Assembly (NCBI GenBank): GCA_030295235.1
Contig: AP026125.1
Span: forward strand, 682,001-746,000
DNA from: Fistulifera solaris
Taxonomy: Eukaryota
Direction of reading: 5' to 3'
Length of the DNA stretch: 64,000 nucleotides
Under the pieces are notes generated by a model. It was not told where the DNA came from. It saw nothing but the letters and a program-made list of their open reading frames with translations, and did not search any database. A program made the translations under genes and the position numbers. This document shows positions 60,601-64,000 of this stretch, one piece after another. Position 1 is the stretch's first letter. Each line of letters opens with the position of its first letter.

Positions 60601-61317
60601 ATGGGAGAAAACGATCATCACCCCACGAATCCGGATGCCAAAGCAGCTTTTTGGGTGGCAGTGAAAAACGGGTTTCAAAGATTTTACGAAGCAGCGCCTG
60701 AGGCATGGAGAGGGCCGGAGTCGCGCTTTTACAGAGATGAGCAACGAATGGTGTTAACTCATGTCGAACCGTTTTATTATGGGACGATGGTGGGTGTCTT
60801 CTTATTTGCGACATTCCGGATATCGGGGAGTCGGAGGTATCTTCAATTCCGGGATAAATTCATTTCTCGAAAAACCGCGAATGTTTCGCCGACTCAGGAA
60901 CACCAAAAGTCGAATTGGAAGAGTCATATTGAGAAGATGGAAGAGAAGCAGCAGTCTACTTTTGAAGAAGCGCTTAGTGGCCCCATGGACTTACTTTTGA
61001 GCGTTGTATGTGCTTTTTCTTCAGCAATGTGGCTGTCGAAGCCAAAGCGACTTGTCGAGGATCTCTCCCAATCCCCTTTACTTCCGGGACGGAGCCTGAT
61101 ATACACCTGCGCCTGCCCCGAATTCATTGATGTGTACGACAAATATTACGAAGAAGGAACGTCTCTACCTGATGGTGATGATCTCCTTGTGGCGTTTCAA
61201 GCGTTTGCCCTGAATTGCAAAGCTAGATCGCGCGTCATAGCCACACGCGAAGAGAACGGAAACGAGCAACCAGATGTCATACCTTACCCAGGAATAAAAG
61301 GAGTGCGACGGTTGTAG
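60601..61317 (+). CDS. Hypothetical two-TM protein
   Basis: Intact ORF of about 238 aa from ATG 60601; two hydrophobic segments; PLLPGRS...C.CP and NC..R motifs. Confidence 0.65.
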   Translation: MGENDHHPTNPDAKAAFWVAVKNGFQRFYEAAPEAWRGPESRFYRDEQRMVLTHVEPFYYGTMVGVFLFATFRISGSRRYLQFRDKFISRKTANVSPTQEHQKSNWKSHIEKMEEKQQSTFEEALSGPMDLLLSVVCAFSSAMWLSKPKRLVEDLSQSPLLPGRSLIYTCACPEFIDVYDKYYEEGTSLPDGDDLLVAFQAFALNCKARSRVIATREENGNEQPDVIPYPGIKGVRRL

Positions 61318-61584
61318 CACGATGTTCAATTTTTCGATTGCTTTCGCGCACACTTTTCCATCTTCTTTTGGGACCATTCCTAATCATCGGGTCAGAATCT
61401 TCTACAGAGAGCCGCGCATCAGGATTATACAAAGACTAAAGGATTGGCGATATGGTGATCATTTCAAGTTACTGGTGTTAAAAGCACTAAGCACCGGAAA
61501 CCTTTTCCTACCATAATCTACCGCTTGGAAAAGAGGATTGCAAACATCCGAATAACACCGGAGCAACCGCTCGAAAAACCAAGC

Positions 61585-62797
61585 TTAAAGGCACTGCGAG
61601 AAATACGTCGAGAATCTTTTACAGGTCAATCCCGAGCAACAAGGTCGCGAGCGGCAGTTCTGGTAACGGGGAACGCACGTCGTGGGAGCAGCAACGGGGG
61701 CCTTGACGGGAGAGCTGACAGGCGCCGCAACGGGAGCCTTGACAGGGGTAGTGACCGGGGCCCTCACTGGCGCCGCGACAGGTGCAGCCACGGGAGGAGA
61801 AGGAGACGAACCATCCAAGACCGCAACTAAGGAAGAAGTGGACGAACAGTGATTAGACGACACGCGCGGTGCTACGATCCCCAGATCAATTTTAGGACAC
61901 TTACTTTCGGCACAATTCCAGAATTGTTCAGGATATCCGAGACCGTCGGTCGAGTACGGGAGTGTGCACTGTCGCAACGAAAGGTTACTGCGGCCAATAT
62001 CGGCAGGGACGCCTGCATAGTAGTCAACGTATCCAGGAGGAAGGCAACTGCAAAGATCAAAGAACAAGCGAGGAGGACATGAGCGTGTGCACATAAATTG
62101 AACACAGATTCTTCGTTAAAATGCCAATATAACTTACGAGTTGGACGTAATGTAGCGCCACTGTTTTTGTTGACGGCAATAGTGGGTCAGGCAAATTCAA
62201 AAGCTTATGAGAAAGATCAAATTCAAAAGGGAACAGAGAGCATACTTTACAACGTACCTGAAGGAGGACTTGACTGCCCACCAAGTTGCTGGGCAAGCGA
62301 AACTTCATGGTGTACGCCAGGTGTCGACCGGCCAAGTAACCGCGTTCGGGATAATTGGGATCCTGGGGCAAACCGTAGTCCACATCCTGCACAAATTCCA
62401 ACGGGTACGAGTCCAAACAGGCCTGTGTCGACTGACGACCCTTGGGACAAGCACGAAGTTCAATGTGTCCCCAATGATGCGCCGTGATTTCGGTCTCGAC
62501 CGTTATGATTTGACCGCGCTGGTACGTGGCCTGCGGCTTCCAGGGCATCGGAACTCCGGTCGAGTCGAGCCACTTGTCGTAGTCGTTGGCCTCGCCTTTA
62601 CCGCAGACACCGCTGTTGCGGTTCAAGCAATGCCAGCAATACTCCTTGGGCGGCACACCCTGCTTGGCACCAGTGGTTCCTTCCGCGTTAGCAACCTCAT
62701 TGCGACTGCGAGGCGAAACAAGACCACCGTGCGACTCGACGCCGGGCATCAAAGTCACGAAGTACATCAAAGACGAGTAGAGAAGGAAACGAACCAT
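61585..62797 (-). CDS. Lytic polysaccharide monooxygenase (Chitin_bind_3; AA10/AA15-like) with Pro/Ala linker and CBM1-like tail
   Basis: Signal peptide ending VES|HGGLVSPRSRN (His1), TAHHWGH, LQWRYITSNSC (via a 23-nt exon at 62160-62138), EQFWNCAEI, PVAAPV repeats, C-terminal CCSGLTCKRFSTYFSQCL. Introns 62257-62161, 62137-62048 and 61904-61827. Confidence 0.88.
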
Positions 62798-64000
62798 GTT
62801 TAAGCTTTTGTTTATCTTTCGAGTGTTGATTTTGAATGAGGATTCTGTTTTATGAGTTGCAAATGGCAAATCATCGAAATTGTGAGATCCCAGCGGGATG
62901 AGACTTTTGGGAGTTGCTGCTAAAGACTATATGTTATAGTCTTTAGGTTGCTGATGCAGATCGGTCCAGGGATTTTGAGTTGCGACTCCGAAGGACCAAT
63001 ATTGACAAGAATGGCCATCGCGATGAACATAGTAAATCAGTGCGTTTCTAGGTCGAAATTTTGGTTGCTAGATTGAGGCTGTACGCGATTGCCATTTCCA
63101 AATACGCGGAGATGTTCAGTTGAACGGATGATGCGCCAAAAGATGACGGGACCGCAAATATTTGATGCCATTTTATTTCCCAAAAATTCATGTTGCTTCA
63201 TCAACCATCAATGAAAAAAGTCAACCTCAAGAAGCAAACGATGCAGGGCGCAAATGAGGCTCTCTTTCCCTGTCAGAATTCGACGCGGAGTAGGATCGGA
63301 GTTGTGCTGAAAGTACTTGCCCAATGCAAGGAATTGGTTGAATGAATTAGCTTTGAGCGTTTCAACAAGATTGTGACGATCCCATGAGATTGTTGCAGCA
63401 GTTCGACGGGTTCAAGCTTCTACAGGGGACAGAATGGGCTTATCTATATTTTTAGCGGCAATGGTAGAGCCCGTCCCGTCACCCAGGACCGCTGTCAAGG
63501 CAATTGCAAACTCATCGTTCTGACGTACAACTACATAGGCGTCTCGGAGATTGATTAGGGAACGAAGCGCTAAGATGAAGCATCATAGCTTTGGTGATGG
63601 TTCACAAGTACAAGTGAATGATATCAGTTCTAGCATCAACATCAACACAAACGCATAATCAACGAAAAAATAATAATGAGCCTGCAATCACGTCGTAACG
63701 TTATTGGGTGTAGATACGAAGTACAGTGTAGATCTGAATATTCAGAAAATTCGTACCGGGAATCAAACTGTAGAAAGCGGCACACGACAGTAGCTTTATT
63801 TGTAGACGGAACCGTGTTGCTGCCACGTCTTTGCGAGCTCGATGCTCGATGCTCGATGCACGATGTCCGTGGGCAAATAAGCAACAAAACGTTCACCAGC
63901 AACGCAGTCATAAAACAACACTGTCAAGAAGTTTGCTTTTGGGACAAACAAGAAGTACACATTGTAGCTTAACAATCCGCTCTCTCCTTTCGCTTCGAAC

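Noticed and set aside
62950..64000. Short ORFs at 63642-63972
   Set aside because: Under 100 aa, overlapping on opposite strands, with no recognisable motif; treated as intergenic.
1..64000. tRNA, rRNA or snRNA genes
   Set aside because: No T-loop/D-loop or snRNA signatures were recognised by eye; a covariance-model scan would be needed to exclude them.

Overview
Gene-dense eukaryotic nuclear DNA, almost certainly from a diatom (probably pennate). The evidence is short 60-100 nt GT-AG introns, bipartite 'AF' plastid-targeting leaders, diatom-style HSFs and a class C GPCR. About 30 protein-coding genes are visible, including SRPK, ARP1, two HSF genes, mitochondrial S18, CASP, SLC34, an MDC1-like BRCT protein, VPS18, TIM13, BMS1, RPL5, TMEM18, a macrodomain protein, DNMT2, REX1-B, a K2P channel, RPN3, CELF and an LPMO. 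Many essential genes carry single-base frameshifts, often at homopolymers, which most likely reflect assembly errors, so exact boundaries are approximate. The most unusual observations are: (1) a class C GPCR whose ectodomain is a catalytically dead 5'-nucleotidase that keeps its nucleotide pocket, a candidate new purinergic-type receptor; (2) a 1.6-kb array of 219-bp units built from helically phased palindromic 11-mers, just upstream of DNMT2; (3) a divergent TPLATE/beta-COP-like coat subunit; (4) an HSF with two DNA-binding domains; (5) a clean 314-bp hAT-type MITE; and (6) a recurrent TACCWGGTA palindrome in promoters. All protein assignments come from motif recognition by eye, not database searches.
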